Below are positions 38,488 to 48,971 of a stretch of DNA of 64,000 nt, one piece after another (positions within the stretch are counted from its first letter, which is position 1; the number at the start of each line of letters is the position of its first letter). This DNA comes from Thermoproteota archaeon. Its GTDB lineage: Archaea > Thermoproteota > Thermoprotei > Thermofilales > B9-G17. The stretch lies in assembly GCA_029258885.1 (NCBI GenBank), contig JAPDJW010000002.1, positions 32,001-96,000 of the forward strand, in the 5' to 3' direction. The notes under the pieces are model-generated. The model saw only the letters and a list, made by a program, of their open reading frames with translations. It was not told the DNA's origin and made no database searches. The translations under genes and the position numbers were made by a program.

Positions 38488-40391
38488 GGTGGCGGTGGCG
38501 GCGGAGGAATATATACCCTCTCTTTCGGCTTCCTCGACTTAGCGATTACCACTATTAAAAGTATTATGACTATTACTGCTACTCCAGCTAGCACAACCAT
38601 CATGTTTAGCTCTTGCTCCCACACGGCTGTTAATGTTACTGGCTGATTTACGGTGAAGGTGTAGGTTGAGGATGTAGATACTATATTTCCGCTCTGATCC
38701 CTCCATCCCTTAAATACTTTATTAAACGGTATTCCCTCAACCTTAGTAGTAGATATAGATACTGTGGCGGTTGACCCCTTATCGTACCATCCCGTGCCCG
38801 TAGGCGTTCCATATTCCGATATGACCTGGACATAGTATCTCGTCTTCCACTCTGCAGTAAACTCGTAGGGCTGGTTTACGGTAAACGTATAGGTCGGCGT
38901 AGTCGATACAGTTACTCCTCCACTCTTCCATCCCAGGAATATCCTTTTAGTATAGTTTCCCTGGTCTACGGTAGTTGATGAAACGCTTATTGTCGCTGTA
39001 GATCCCTCATCATACCATCCCTCTCCAGAAGTTGTCCCGTAGGGTGATGTTACTCTGACGTAAAACTGTCTTGTATATTCCGCCGTTAATTCTAGGTCGT
39101 CTTCAAGCTCGATAGTTCTTGTAGCGTCAGTTTCCCCGTCACTCCACTCGTTAAACACATACCTTTCATCATCTAAGGATAATATTTCGGGAACTTTAAC
39201 TTGACAGGAACCCTCAATTAGGTTGAAGGCTACCTTCTTACCAGTTTTATTTATTCCGCCCGCCATACACCAAAAGTCCTTTGTAGGCAGATTTACTGTT
39301 AAATTATGTGAAATATCCATACAGAGTACGAAGATTTTACTTGTATCAATGCTTCCGACAACATACAGTTTTTTGAGACAATACGCTATCCCGTAACCCC
39401 TCTCAGAGCTACTTGTACCCCATGTAAAGTACCACTTTAAGTCTCCATCTAAAGTATACCTCAACAACAGGACGTCGAAGCTACCTGCCCCATAGGATGA
39501 TGTACAGCCAGCTACATATATGCTATCACCACACCTAACTATGTCCATGCCGTAGTCATCGCCTGATCCACCCCACTTCCTCATCCACTTGAGATTGCCG
39601 TCTAAATCGCAGGCTAATACTATTACATCATCGCCTTCATATCCTACAATGTATATGCTGGATCTGTCCACGTATATCCCTTCTCCAATCTCGTTTCCGG
39701 CTCCGCCGTAGGTTTTATTCCATATCATGTTACCATTCATATCATACTTTACCAGTAGTATATCATAGCCTCCATTCCCATAGCTATTCGTGCATCCAAC
39801 CACGTAGATATAGTTGCCGCTACAGGCTACATCGGAGAATAGATCTGCGTAATCTCCTTTCCATTTCACATCGACCAGCACGTTACCACTATGATCGCAT
39901 ATTATAAGCCAGCCATCGTAGGCCAAAAAGATGCCCGATGCCCCCACGGCTATAACCCTATCCCTAGTAACACAGATACCATAACCGTATCCATAGCTCT
40001 TAGATACGCTCCACAATATTTTCCCCTCGTAATCAATTTTCATTATTAAAAATTTCGGCATGTATCCTAGGATAATATCCTTAACCGACGTTCTGCCCAC
40101 CATGTATATGTAGTCTCCTGTAGCATATACGTCGTTAAAGACATCGGGCCCCTTCTGTTCATATATCATTGTGAGAAACATTTTTCCATTTAATTCCAGC
40201 CCTAAGAGGTAGGCAGTATCACTGCTTGTTCCTACAACAAATATTTTGTTACGTACAAATAATCCATATGCGGCATTTAATCCCGGAAATATCATGTAGT
40301 TTTTATGCCATTCCACCGTAGGTAGAGCATTGACATACACCATACTAATAGCTATTAAGAAAACTAATGATAGTATACCTGCTTTCATCAT
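38484..40391 (-). CDS. Cell-surface protein: beta-propeller, tandem beta-sandwich repeats, C-terminal TM and poly-Pro tail
   Basis: Signal peptide; GG.G.D.G..I...G..IYV.G blades; two YV.V.S.YGT..G.GWYD.GSTAT repeats; ends IPPPPPPP. Confidence 0.8.
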   Translation of the reverse strand: MMKAGILSLVFLIAISMVYVNALPTVEWHKNYMIFPGLNAAYGLFVRNKIFVVGTSSDTAYLLGLELNGKMFLTMIYEQKGPDVFNDVYATGDYIYMVGRTSVKDIILGYMPKFLIMKIDYEGKILWSVSKSYGYGYGICVTRDRVIAVGASGIFLAYDGWLIICDHSGNVLVDVKWKGDYADLFSDVACSGNYIYVVGCTNSYGNGGYDILLVKYDMNGNMIWNKTYGGAGNEIGEGIYVDRSSIYIVGYEGDDVIVLACDLDGNLKWMRKWGGSGDDYGMDIVRCGDSIYVAGCTSSYGAGSFDVLLLRYTLDGDLKWYFTWGTSSSERGYGIAYCLKKLYVVGSIDTSKIFVLCMDISHNLTVNLPTKDFWCMAGGINKTGKKVAFNLIEGSCQVKVPEILSLDDERYVFNEWSDGETDATRTIELEDDLELTAEYTRQFYVRVTSPYGTTSGEGWYDEGSTATISVSSTTVDQGNYTKRIFLGWKSGGVTVSTTPTYTFTVNQPYEFTAEWKTRYYVQVISEYGTPTGTGWYDKGSTATVSISTTKVEGIPFNKVFKGWRDQSGNIVSTSSTYTFTVNQPVTLTAVWEQELNMMVVLAGVAVIVIILLIVVIAKSRKPKERVYIPPPPPPP

Positions 40392-40500
40392 TCCCTACCT
40401 AAAACATTTCTAATACTACGTGGAAATGGATGGCGTGTAGTATATTATAGATAAGATTAATATATTTTCTTAGGTGGATTAATAACAGTGATGTAAACCT

Positions 40501-41568
40501 CTAGAATTTTACATATATTACGGCCTTATCGGTCTCTATATCCTCTAAGTAACAGCCCCAACCTCCAACAGAGAAACGTCTTCCATCATCTGTCTCGATT
40601 ATCAAGCTATACTTTAAACCATTCTCAGAAATTAATACATCTTTTATTTCACCAGTAATATCCACATGCCTCTTATTAACCACATACCTGCCTACTATTC
40701 TGGCCTTTACATTTACCCCCATACTTAGGAGCTCCTTCACGTCTTCAACCAACCTCCAGAAATGTACATACCTTAAAGGCCTTGAGAATATGCTTTTTTT
40801 ATCAAATGCCTTAAGCTCTGATATATTCCATAGTGCTAGATGATAGAAGTCATTTAATAGCCTGAGGAGATTTTCATCTTCTATTATTAGGGCATAATCC
40901 ATGTTTACCTTAGATTCTGGACTCAGCTCTGGCGGTATAAAGTAGCTGAAACCCTTCTTCCTATCAATTAGTAACACTGTTACTGTAACTATTTTTCTAA
41001 CCTTAACTTTTGAGAAGGCTCTGCTTATGTTAACTAAATATTCAACTAGCTTCGGGTCGGTCTGATATATTACTAGCGATATGTTTACTCCTTTATTTGC
41101 AACTGCTACTATCTTATCCATAACCTTTGATAGAATATAATCGGTGGTTGCTATAGCTAAGCCGTAGGAAGCCTCATTAAATAGGCTACACATCCTTGAA
41201 ATAATGTTCCTTCTCCCCCTAACAGTCCACACAACCCCCGTCGCCTCAGGCTCTCCACTAACTCTTATCTCCTTAATCATTTCTAGAGTCTCCGCTAGCG
41301 TTGTTTCATACTGTTTAATTAGACTTTTTAAGCCTCTATTTGGATCTGTTATTCTATAGACTTTAGGCCTGCTTTCTTGGGATTCTATTAGACCCTTTTC
41401 CTCAAGACCCCTTAATATATCATAGATCTTAGATAATGGTATTCCCGCCTCCTTAGCTATTCTTGATGCCACAGCTGTGCCTAGCCTCGCTAACGCAATA
41501 TATGCTCTTGCTTCAACTTTCTTTAATCCTAGTTTAACCAAATTTTCCTCGATCTTCCTAGTGGTCAT
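40501..41568 (-). CDS. TrmB family transcriptional regulator
   Basis: LGLKKVEARAYIAL, IPLSKIYDIL, RFSVGGWGCYLEDI. Confidence 0.9.
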   Translation of the reverse strand: MTTRKIEENLVKLGLKKVEARAYIALARLGTAVASRIAKEAGIPLSKIYDILRGLEEKGLIESQESRPKVYRITDPNRGLKSLIKQYETTLAETLEMIKEIRVSGEPEATGVVWTVRGRRNIISRMCSLFNEASYGLAIATTDYILSKVMDKIVAVANKGVNISLVIYQTDPKLVEYLVNISRAFSKVKVRKIVTVTVLLIDRKKGFSYFIPPELSPESKVNMDYALIIEDENLLRLLNDFYHLALWNISELKAFDKKSIFSRPLRYVHFWRLVEDVKELLSMGVNVKARIVGRYVVNKRHVDITGEIKDVLISENGLKYSLIIETDDGRRFSVGGWGCYLEDIETDKAVIYVKF

Positions 41569-43487
41569 CTCATCGCCCGAAGCCTGTATATAGCATAGAG
41601 CAATACTATGACCAACGTTATTACAGTAATTATGATGTAGCTTAAATAATCTTCTTTATCCTCTTTATGTTCCTCTATAGGAATTATCTTTAAGGGAAAA
41701 CAGTATAGGTTTATCTTAAGTCCGCTTTTCAGCTTGATGCTAAAGGGGCTAAATATCGTGTAGTTCCCTATAATAGCCTTGTTATTCTCCAGCTGACAGG
41801 GAATGGATATATTTACTATACTCTCATTCGATGATATATGCACAGTATTATCTTTAGTTGAGAATGCTATTTTAGTTACGCTATTCTCGGCTTCAACTAC
41901 AATTGTATGATTTAGCGAGTCAAAGAGCTTTAATCCTATAACAATAATATTGTCCTCGGCTACCTTGAAAACCTTGTACTCTATTGACGGTATTATGAGA
42001 ACTGCATCTATAGCTAAGTCTCCTTCTTCTATGCTTATCTTTAGGGTTCCCGAGATATCGTTTGATACATGGAGTTGATGGAGTGGAATAAATCTTAGGC
42101 TACCGCTACTAACATCCCTAACAGTACTTCCTATAGACGGCGCTTCCAGTTTAACTCTTGCGTTGCCCTTAGCAAGGAGAACTATTTCCCATGTTCCTTC
42201 AGTATTCGGCTTAAGGTTAAATGATATATACTTACCTTTCTCGAGATACACGGCTTTTCCTCCACTATATATTTCAGAGAATAGCTTCTTTCCGTTAGTC
42301 TCTAAGTCTTCGGATTCGATAAATAGAGGCTTTACTGAGTATAGATCTCTGCCACGTATAATCGAGCAGCTGACGTTATTCCTATAAATATACAGTAGCG
42401 CATCAAGGGGTACTTCCGTTGCTTCAGCTCCACTATTCCAGTTAATCTCATGTGGTCCACATATTCCATCTCTCACTATCCCCGTTTCCTCGTTGTACAT
42501 TGGCGTATTTGCAGGGTTATTACCCATAAACCAGGAGGCGTAGAGGCCAGCTAGTATCGAGTAGGCCTCGCTCTCCTTGCCCTCGGTAGCATTAGCTAGG
42601 AGGGAGTAGGCTTTACATATAGTTGCTGGGATTATTGGTGGACAACAGAACTGCTTCGGCCTATGCCTCCAGAGGTATGTGCTGTATGTACAGTCATATG
42701 CTATAGCCAGGTGTAGTGGGAATCCCTGGGCAGCGGATTTCGCCGATTCAATGTATCTACTTTCATTTAATGTTACGCCAGCCATGACTAGGGCTTGTAT
42801 CGGTAGGCCTGGAGCATACGTTGCTTTAACTTCAAAGTAGCTCCATGGAGGATACCAGTCGACTGTTGAGTTAACGTATGCTTGTTTAACAACTATCTTA
42901 TCCGCTAGTTTCCGGATTGTTGTTTTAATGCTTTCATCGCCTGAGCCCATATAATAGTATGATAGCCCCATTACAATGTGCGATATTGTAAATAATGCAT
43001 CCGTTCTATCGACGTTATTTAAAGCCTTCATTAGACACTCTTTTATCTCATTGGCGAATGTCTTGTTTACTCTAGAGAACACCAGATAGCCTAGACCAAG
43101 CTCATGTACGGCTCTACCGTACCAGTCCCCCACGCCGGGATCTCTCGGCGTCCAGCGTTTATTGTCCTCTAGGTATAGGTAGAAGTCTCCTCTCTCGGTC
43201 TGCATCTTCATGGTGAATCGGATAGCTCTCTCAGCCATCTTCAATGCCTCGCTGTCATTGAATATTAGGTAGTAGTTTAGGTAGGTTATTCCAGCTCTGG
43301 CTGTATCGTCAAGGTTTACTCTGCCGAGAACTCTGCCGTTAGACCAGAACTCCCACCATCCACCGGATATTGGGTCGTATAGCTCATTTAAATGCGATAA
43401 GTTGATCTTTAGATTACATGGAATAGCGTACACATATTCTAATAGTACTATTAAAAATATTATTATTGTTAATTTTCTCGATGTCAT
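41565..43487 (-). CDS. Membrane-anchored (alpha/alpha)-toroid glycoside hydrolase-like protein
   Basis: Signal peptide, LDDTARA, GDWYGRA, WFMGNN, NWNSGAEAT, C-terminal beta domain and TM. Confidence 0.6.
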   Translation of the reverse strand: MTSRKLTIIIFLIVLLEYVYAIPCNLKINLSHLNELYDPISGGWWEFWSNGRVLGRVNLDDTARAGITYLNYYLIFNDSEALKMAERAIRFTMKMQTERGDFYLYLEDNKRWTPRDPGVGDWYGRAVHELGLGYLVFSRVNKTFANEIKECLMKALNNVDRTDALFTISHIVMGLSYYYMGSGDESIKTTIRKLADKIVVKQAYVNSTVDWYPPWSYFEVKATYAPGLPIQALVMAGVTLNESRYIESAKSAAQGFPLHLAIAYDCTYSTYLWRHRPKQFCCPPIIPATICKAYSLLANATEGKESEAYSILAGLYASWFMGNNPANTPMYNEETGIVRDGICGPHEINWNSGAEATEVPLDALLYIYRNNVSCSIIRGRDLYSVKPLFIESEDLETNGKKLFSEIYSGGKAVYLEKGKYISFNLKPNTEGTWEIVLLAKGNARVKLEAPSIGSTVRDVSSGSLRFIPLHQLHVSNDISGTLKISIEEGDLAIDAVLIIPSIEYKVFKVAEDNIIVIGLKLFDSLNHTIVVEAENSVTKIAFSTKDNTVHISSNESIVNISIPCQLENNKAIIGNYTIFSPFSIKLKSGLKINLYCFPLKIIPIEEHKEDKEDYLSYIIITVITLVIVLLYAIYRLRAMR

Positions 43488-43489
43488 GG

Positions 43490-45484
43490 CTAGTACGGGA
43501 ATAGGAACTTGTATATTTGTCCTAATCCAAGCACGAAGACTGAGAATATGTATCCTAGGAATAGTCCTGTAGCTAATGGTACTCCGTAGTTCTCATATAC
43601 TTTTGCTCCACCGAACTTTAGTGTTATGTATTTGAACAGCCATGCTATGAAAGCTGAGAAAGCTCCTCCCCATGCTCCGCCGATAGTTCCGAAGAGTAGT
43701 CCTATGCCGCTTATTGGGAACCAGTAGTACCTTATCTTCAGATAGAATATTGCTCCAGATAGCGCTAGTCCTCCGAGGACATGTAGCCACCACGGCTCGT
43801 CTGCTGGATAAGGCGATATCAGTGAAGGATTCGTCCATCTATCGGGCCACCACCATCCATCGACGCTTGACGGTATCTTGCTGTATCCTATGGTGTACCA
43901 GGACCATACAACTAGTGGTATTGCAATAGCTATACTTACGGCAGCTGAGAAGAATAAGTTCTTGAATATTGTAGCTGACTTCATGCCGTGCTCCTCGCCT
44001 AACTTATACGCTAGTAGCGAGTAGTATGTTGGACCATAGCTTATCGAGCTAGCTGATGCACATATTAGACTGTGGGCCATTAATTGTACTGAATAGTAGC
44101 TTGTGTTGAATTTATCCAGTGTATATCCTCGGTAGAGTACGTGGTATGTTAGTGCCTGCAGTGTTCCCCACCATCCTCCGCTGAACGCTACTCCTGCCTC
44201 TGCTAGCTGTCGTGCCATGACAAGATTATGGATTATTACCGCTATGAAGAGCCAGCATGCTTCAACAATGTGTGCGCCACTTATAACCATTAGAACCACT
44301 AGTACTAGGAAGGAAGCTGTAAGTAGTGTGTAGCTGAAACTATATCCTACCTCTCCTTCCCTTAGCTCCCTAATTGGCGTGCTTTTGATAGCCTTCTTTA
44401 TGGTATTTAGGTACCATTTCCAGTTTAATAGTACTGGCCATATGAAGACTCCTATGAATAGTCCTACGCCTGCAAATGCGTGGATTTTCAGTGGATCCGT
44501 TCTGCCTATTAGGTCGTATCTAGCTATGCTGTCCGCTAGCGCCGGCATGTTCGGGTAATATCCGAGAGTGTATGCTATCTGTGGGATTAGGATGAGGAAT
44601 ATTAGCCATGAAATCCACGCCGTAAACAGTACATCCAAGGGCACTAGGTAGTAGAAGGCTACGGTAACGGGTGAAGTTTCTATCGAAAACACGCCAGCAT
44701 AGTTCTGTTTGATAACAGGAGAGAATACTACTAGATCCAGCATTGTAGGCATACCGTATCTGAATGGAGGCCTATTCCATCCATAGATGTTTGGAAAGCC
44801 CGGCACTAGTAGATGTAGGATCCACGGCAGGTAGATGAGGAAGCCTACAGCTATTCCTGTGTGGAATAGCCAGGAAGCCGATTTCTTCTCTCCCGTTGTG
44901 TAGCTTACTACTGTATCTATTACCACCGCGTGGGGATATGCTAGCATCTCTATCTTATTCCATCTCTCCTTAACTATGCTTGCGAGCGCTATTGCCATGG
45001 TAACCGATGATAGGAGGAATATATACCAGAAGGCTATGGGTTTAATCCATTCACTCCATGGTACTGGAGCTCCGCCAGCTAGTGCTGGCTGTAGGACTGA
45101 CGGAGATGGAGCCCAGATGCTGGGCAGATACTCATTGTATATTGCTGGCTGGAGCAGCCTAGCGCCCATGAACTGGTTCATGAAAACCCATGGCATGAAG
45201 TAGCTTGAGAATGCGAATGGAATTATTATGAGTGTGGCTAAGAAGAACAGTGCCTCCCCGCTAACGTATTCTCTTAGCCATGGACCAAGCAGTACAAGTA
45301 GATAGAATATTCCCAATATCAGTAGTGTTCCTTCCACCGGTCCTAGGTGGAAGCCGAAGAGAAGGCCTATGTAGGCCACCTGATAGGACATTAGTATAGT
45401 TATCGCAATTATTATCAGTAGAGTATATATATACCATTTGGCTCTAGCCACGCTTCTCACCCCTAACCCTCCTCCTGTAGACAT
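43490..45484 (-). CDS. OPT-superfamily-like polytopic transporter 2 (DUF6785-like)
   Basis: Many TM helices, E.LAYP motif, KFGGAKVYE..GVPLATG; true start probably GTG 45460. Confidence 0.65.
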   Translation of the reverse strand: MSTGGGLGVRSVARAKWYIYTLLIIIAITILMSYQVAYIGLLFGFHLGPVEGTLLILGIFYLLVLLGPWLREYVSGEALFFLATLIIIPFAFSSYFMPWVFMNQFMGARLLQPAIYNEYLPSIWAPSPSVLQPALAGGAPVPWSEWIKPIAFWYIFLLSSVTMAIALASIVKERWNKIEMLAYPHAVVIDTVVSYTTGEKKSASWLFHTGIAVGFLIYLPWILHLLVPGFPNIYGWNRPPFRYGMPTMLDLVVFSPVIKQNYAGVFSIETSPVTVAFYYLVPLDVLFTAWISWLIFLILIPQIAYTLGYYPNMPALADSIARYDLIGRTDPLKIHAFAGVGLFIGVFIWPVLLNWKWYLNTIKKAIKSTPIRELREGEVGYSFSYTLLTASFLVLVVLMVISGAHIVEACWLFIAVIIHNLVMARQLAEAGVAFSGGWWGTLQALTYHVLYRGYTLDKFNTSYYSVQLMAHSLICASASSISYGPTYYSLLAYKLGEEHGMKSATIFKNLFFSAAVSIAIAIPLVVWSWYTIGYSKIPSSVDGWWWPDRWTNPSLISPYPADEPWWLHVLGGLALSGAIFYLKIRYYWFPISGIGLLFGTIGGAWGGAFSAFIAWLFKYITLKFGGAKVYENYGVPLATGLFLGYIFSVFVLGLGQIYKFLFPY

Positions 45485-47006
45485 GGCCCCTACCTGAAAT
45501 ATATCCTAGGATAAAGAGAATTATCGACACTATTACTAGGAGTATTCTAGTTCTATAGTTGACCATTTCGACTACCTCTATCTTTGACTTAAGCTCAGTT
45601 ATTCTTCTAGTAAGGTTCTCGATCTGTAGTTCCAGCTCGGTAATTGCCTTCTGAAGCTCGAATATCTCCTTCATCTGAGCCAGCTCACCCGGTAGTTCCT
45701 CTATTACCATGGCCTGCTCTATGCTTACAGTAGGCTCAGCTATGTAGTACTCCTTATATATTCTTTTAACGTGGTTCACCGGATCATCTGTTATGCTCTC
45801 ATCAAAGGGTATTAGTAACGATTTGAAGGGGAAGCTCATGGCTGTATAAACGTTATGTATGCCTTCATCGATAAACGACCAGGTAATCGCGTCTAAGCCT
45901 TCAAGAGTATACGTGAAGCCGAAACCTTTCTTCAAATCCTTATTGTATGCAACATACCATCCCTCCTTTATCTCAGAGACTGGCACTGATACGTCGGATG
46001 TTCTATCAAACTCTCCAGCTTCTCCGATAACAACCGTATAGTATTTTCCTCCCTTACCTACTCCGCTCCACTCCCTATTTGCTAGGTTTACATGAAGAAA
46101 AGTTCCTGGCTTAGCATTTTCTCCAGTTATATCAAGTATAGCATATATCCACGTATGATTTACGTATAGTATGTAAGTGAAAACAGCGTATATTTCCGTT
46201 AAATTATGATAACTAGATTCAAGCTTAAGTTTAATTATGCCCCTAACAGGCCCCTCTTTTATAAAAACTAGTTCTCCTGCTCCATCATATGCATTAGGAT
46301 TATTCTCTATCCAACCCGGATCGGCTGGACAGAAAAATCTGCTCCACTTCCACAGCAGGCTCATGAACTCCGAATCCTGCTTTATCACATCATAGCCAGT
46401 CTTAGTTAAGTTTATAGAGAATATAGAGCCGGACATCCACGCAGCCTTTACTGCTATAACGTATTCAACCAGTCCATTGGACATAGTGTAGGCTTCCTGC
46501 ATGAACTCTGGTGAACCTTCTTTTATGCTCTGTAAATATTCATATTCATCTATTCTCACAGCCAAGGGGTACGTAACCTCTGGCAACCCTGCGCCCTTTA
46601 ATGCTATGAAGATACTGTATTCATCAGTCTCACCACTAGCTATCCTACTTACAGTTAAAAACGCTAGCTCATCCTCCGGAGTAATACCTTCTTCATTATC
46701 TATATCATCTACTTGCGATGGAATTACCTTCTCGCCATGCAATACGGCTAGGGCTTTCCAGTCAACATCATCGGCAGAATCAAGCGTATTAGTACCAAAT
46801 ACATCAACATTCTCAGGTAGTGCTGCAGCTATATCTCTTATCCTAATGACTATAGGATAATTAACTGGAATATCAGTGCCTGGGGGAGCTCTAATCTTAA
46901 CTTTAATTAGATAATAAGTCGGTAAAGGTTGAGAAAGAACGTATGGGGAAGGTAGGAGGTAAAGGATAGCAACAAAAATGATAAAAAAATAAATAGGGTT
47001 TTTCAA
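45444..47006 (-). CDS. Surface protein with DUF4861-like beta head, coiled-coil stalk and C-terminal TM (paralogue B)
   Basis: PSQVDDID...DELAF, WKWSRF, EGPVRG; C-terminal heptads and TM. Confidence 0.6.
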   Translation of the reverse strand: MKNPIYFFIIFVAILYLLPSPYVLSQPLPTYYLIKVKIRAPPGTDIPVNYPIVIRIRDIAAALPENVDVFGTNTLDSADDVDWKALAVLHGEKVIPSQVDDIDNEEGITPEDELAFLTVSRIASGETDEYSIFIALKGAGLPEVTYPLAVRIDEYEYLQSIKEGSPEFMQEAYTMSNGLVEYVIAVKAAWMSGSIFSINLTKTGYDVIKQDSEFMSLLWKWSRFFCPADPGWIENNPNAYDGAGELVFIKEGPVRGIIKLKLESSYHNLTEIYAVFTYILYVNHTWIYAILDITGENAKPGTFLHVNLANREWSGVGKGGKYYTVVIGEAGEFDRTSDVSVPVSEIKEGWYVAYNKDLKKGFGFTYTLEGLDAITWSFIDEGIHNVYTAMSFPFKSLLIPFDESITDDPVNHVKRIYKEYYIAEPTVSIEQAMVIEELPGELAQMKEIFELQKAITELELQIENLTRRITELKSKIEVVEMVNYRTRILLVIVSIILFILGYISGRGHVYRRRVRGEKRG

Positions 47007-47022
47007 TTGTACCCACCTCTAC

Positions 47023-48570
47023 TTACTTCTTTTTCTTAGCTACTATAAATCCTATTATTAGACCTATTATTAATCCAACTATTAACATTACATACTGCAT
47101 CGACTGAGCCGTGCCTAGCTGTGATTTAAGTGAGTCTATTTCGGATTGAAGCGATGAAATCTGATCCTGTAAGCTTGATATCTGAGCATTTGCCTGATCA
47201 AGCTGTCCCTGAAGAGTCGAGATCTGTGCTTCTAAGGAGCTTATCTGCTCATTTAGACTACTTATAGTCTCCTCCTTCTCCTTAATCGCGCTTTCATACG
47301 CAGTTATTATATTGGCAGGTACTAGACCAGCTTTCTCCTCTCCAACAACCTTAATTGTTGGCTTGTTAATGCAAATTCTATAAATATTCGACATTAAAGC
47401 TAGGAAATCATCAGTTATAGTACTATCGAATAGTACTAACACTCTATAGAATGGTACTGGTATACCATCCTCAAAGTGTAGCACAAGCTCAGCTCCTGGA
47501 GATCCCCAGTCAAAGGTTAGTAGCTTTTCTGCTGGATAAAATATTACTCCAAATCCCTTACCCTCAGCCTTCTTATATACTGCAAACCAGTATTCGGTAA
47601 AGTTCTCAAGCCTTAGCCCTTTACCTTCCATTCTGGACAATTCTCCAGTTCCAGGTACGTAAACTGTGTCGTGTTCAATGCCCTGATCTCCCATATCGAC
47701 AAAGCTTGCTTTAACTGGTATTTTAGTGCCTGGTGTATAGCCTGGACCTGTTACTGTTAATTCTAATTCTATATATGACTGGCCCTTATATACTGCATAC
47801 TTCTTCACCGCATATGCTCCATCTACACTACCATGAGGCTCGGTTGACTTCAAAACAACCACAGCTCTAACAGGTCCCTCTGATATGTATAGCACGTTGA
47901 AATCTGGGTTTTTCTCAGCCCATCCGGGGTCTCCCTCAGCACAATACCTAGACCATCTCCATCCAACGTTATCCACACCCTCCCTGCCCTGCTTAACTAC
48001 ATCGTATCCAGAAGCCTTAATATATGCCGAAAATATAGTGCCAGCAATCCAGTCACTCTCATTAAGTATGATAGCTGAAATTAAATCATTTGAGAGAATT
48101 AATGCTGGACCTAATTCTTCAACGCCTTGATATGGACTTTCTATTGTTACAGTACATACTTTCTCAGCGGGTGGCGGAAGGGATTCACCTTCCCTTGCTA
48201 CAAGTATCTTATAGGTATCGCTACCTCCCGCAGGTATACCCGCGACCAGCTCAAAGACTATTTCATAGTCATTTACGCTCTCGCCTATTTTATCAAGCTG
48301 AGCTGGGACAACGTCATTCCCGTGAACTACATAAATGTTATCCCAACTATATGATCCTGTTAGCTGAGGAAGTATGTCTCCAACTTTTATAACCACTGGA
48401 GTGCCAGCAGGCATATCGGTAGTTGCAGTTACTTCAACAACTATATAGTATAGATCTGGAGATGCAGTTACGTTAAATGGTACTAATAATGTTGCTAGTA
48501 GAAGCAATCCGAGAATACATTTGAGGGGTTTATTCATATTTTTACCACCATCGATAGGTATAAATCTCAT
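47023..48570 (-). CDS. Surface protein with DUF4861-like beta head, long heptad stalk and C-terminal TM (paralogue A)
   Basis: PAQLD...YEIVF, WRWSRY, EGPVRA; ISSLNEQ/ISSLEAQ/ISTLQGQ/ISSLQDQ heptads; TM plus KKKK. Confidence 0.6.
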   Translation of the reverse strand: MRFIPIDGGKNMNKPLKCILGLLLLATLLVPFNVTASPDLYYIVVEVTATTDMPAGTPVVIKVGDILPQLTGSYSWDNIYVVHGNDVVPAQLDKIGESVNDYEIVFELVAGIPAGGSDTYKILVAREGESLPPPAEKVCTVTIESPYQGVEELGPALILSNDLISAIILNESDWIAGTIFSAYIKASGYDVVKQGREGVDNVGWRWSRYCAEGDPGWAEKNPDFNVLYISEGPVRAVVVLKSTEPHGSVDGAYAVKKYAVYKGQSYIELELTVTGPGYTPGTKIPVKASFVDMGDQGIEHDTVYVPGTGELSRMEGKGLRLENFTEYWFAVYKKAEGKGFGVIFYPAEKLLTFDWGSPGAELVLHFEDGIPVPFYRVLVLFDSTITDDFLALMSNIYRICINKPTIKVVGEEKAGLVPANIITAYESAIKEKEETISSLNEQISSLEAQISTLQGQLDQANAQISSLQDQISSLQSEIDSLKSQLGTAQSMQYVMLIVGLIIGLIIGFIVAKKKK

Positions 48571-48647
48571 TAATACTATTTTCTTTAGAGTATATAAATC
48601 TTCACAAAAAGCTTTTATAATCCAGCAGGTGTTTTATTATAGTAAAG

Positions 48648-48971
48648 GTGAATTATATGAAATCAACTTCTATTATTGTCCTAGTAATGTTGATTACAGT
48701 AATTTTCCTGACTCAGGCGGCGTTTCATGCTCTTCCTAATGGTGGATTAACAGCTAAACTTAATGAGCTTAAAAAAATTTACCAACAAAAGTTGGTTGAG
48801 TATGAACAGCTAAAGAAGCTACACGATGAATTATCTGAGAAGCTTAGCTCGTTAGAAGGAGAGCTATTCCTATTGAGAAATGGAATATTAGTTGCTGGAG
48901 GCATTCTCTTCATCGTCGGATTTATAGTAGGTATGTATCATGAGAAGAAGCGGCCTTCAGGCTCCCGTTAA
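48648..48971 (+). CDS. Small signal-peptide/coiled-coil/TM protein on the opposite strand inside the locus
   Basis: 107 aa: hydrophobic N-terminus, heptads, C-terminal TM; stop overlaps the OPT stop by 4 nt. Confidence 0.7.
   Translation: MNYMKSTSIIVLVMLITVIFLTQAAFHALPNGGLTAKLNELKKIYQQKLVEYEQLKKLHDELSEKLSSLEGELFLLRNGILVAGGILFIVGFIVGMYHEKKRPSGSR

Noticed and set aside
43083-43093. 11-nt match (CAGATAGCCTA) to the tnpB-proximal guide inside the glycan locus
   Set aside because: About 3% chance expectation in 128 kb of both strands, found post hoc, and the TAM is unknown; revisit only if the TAM matches the upstream AACAC
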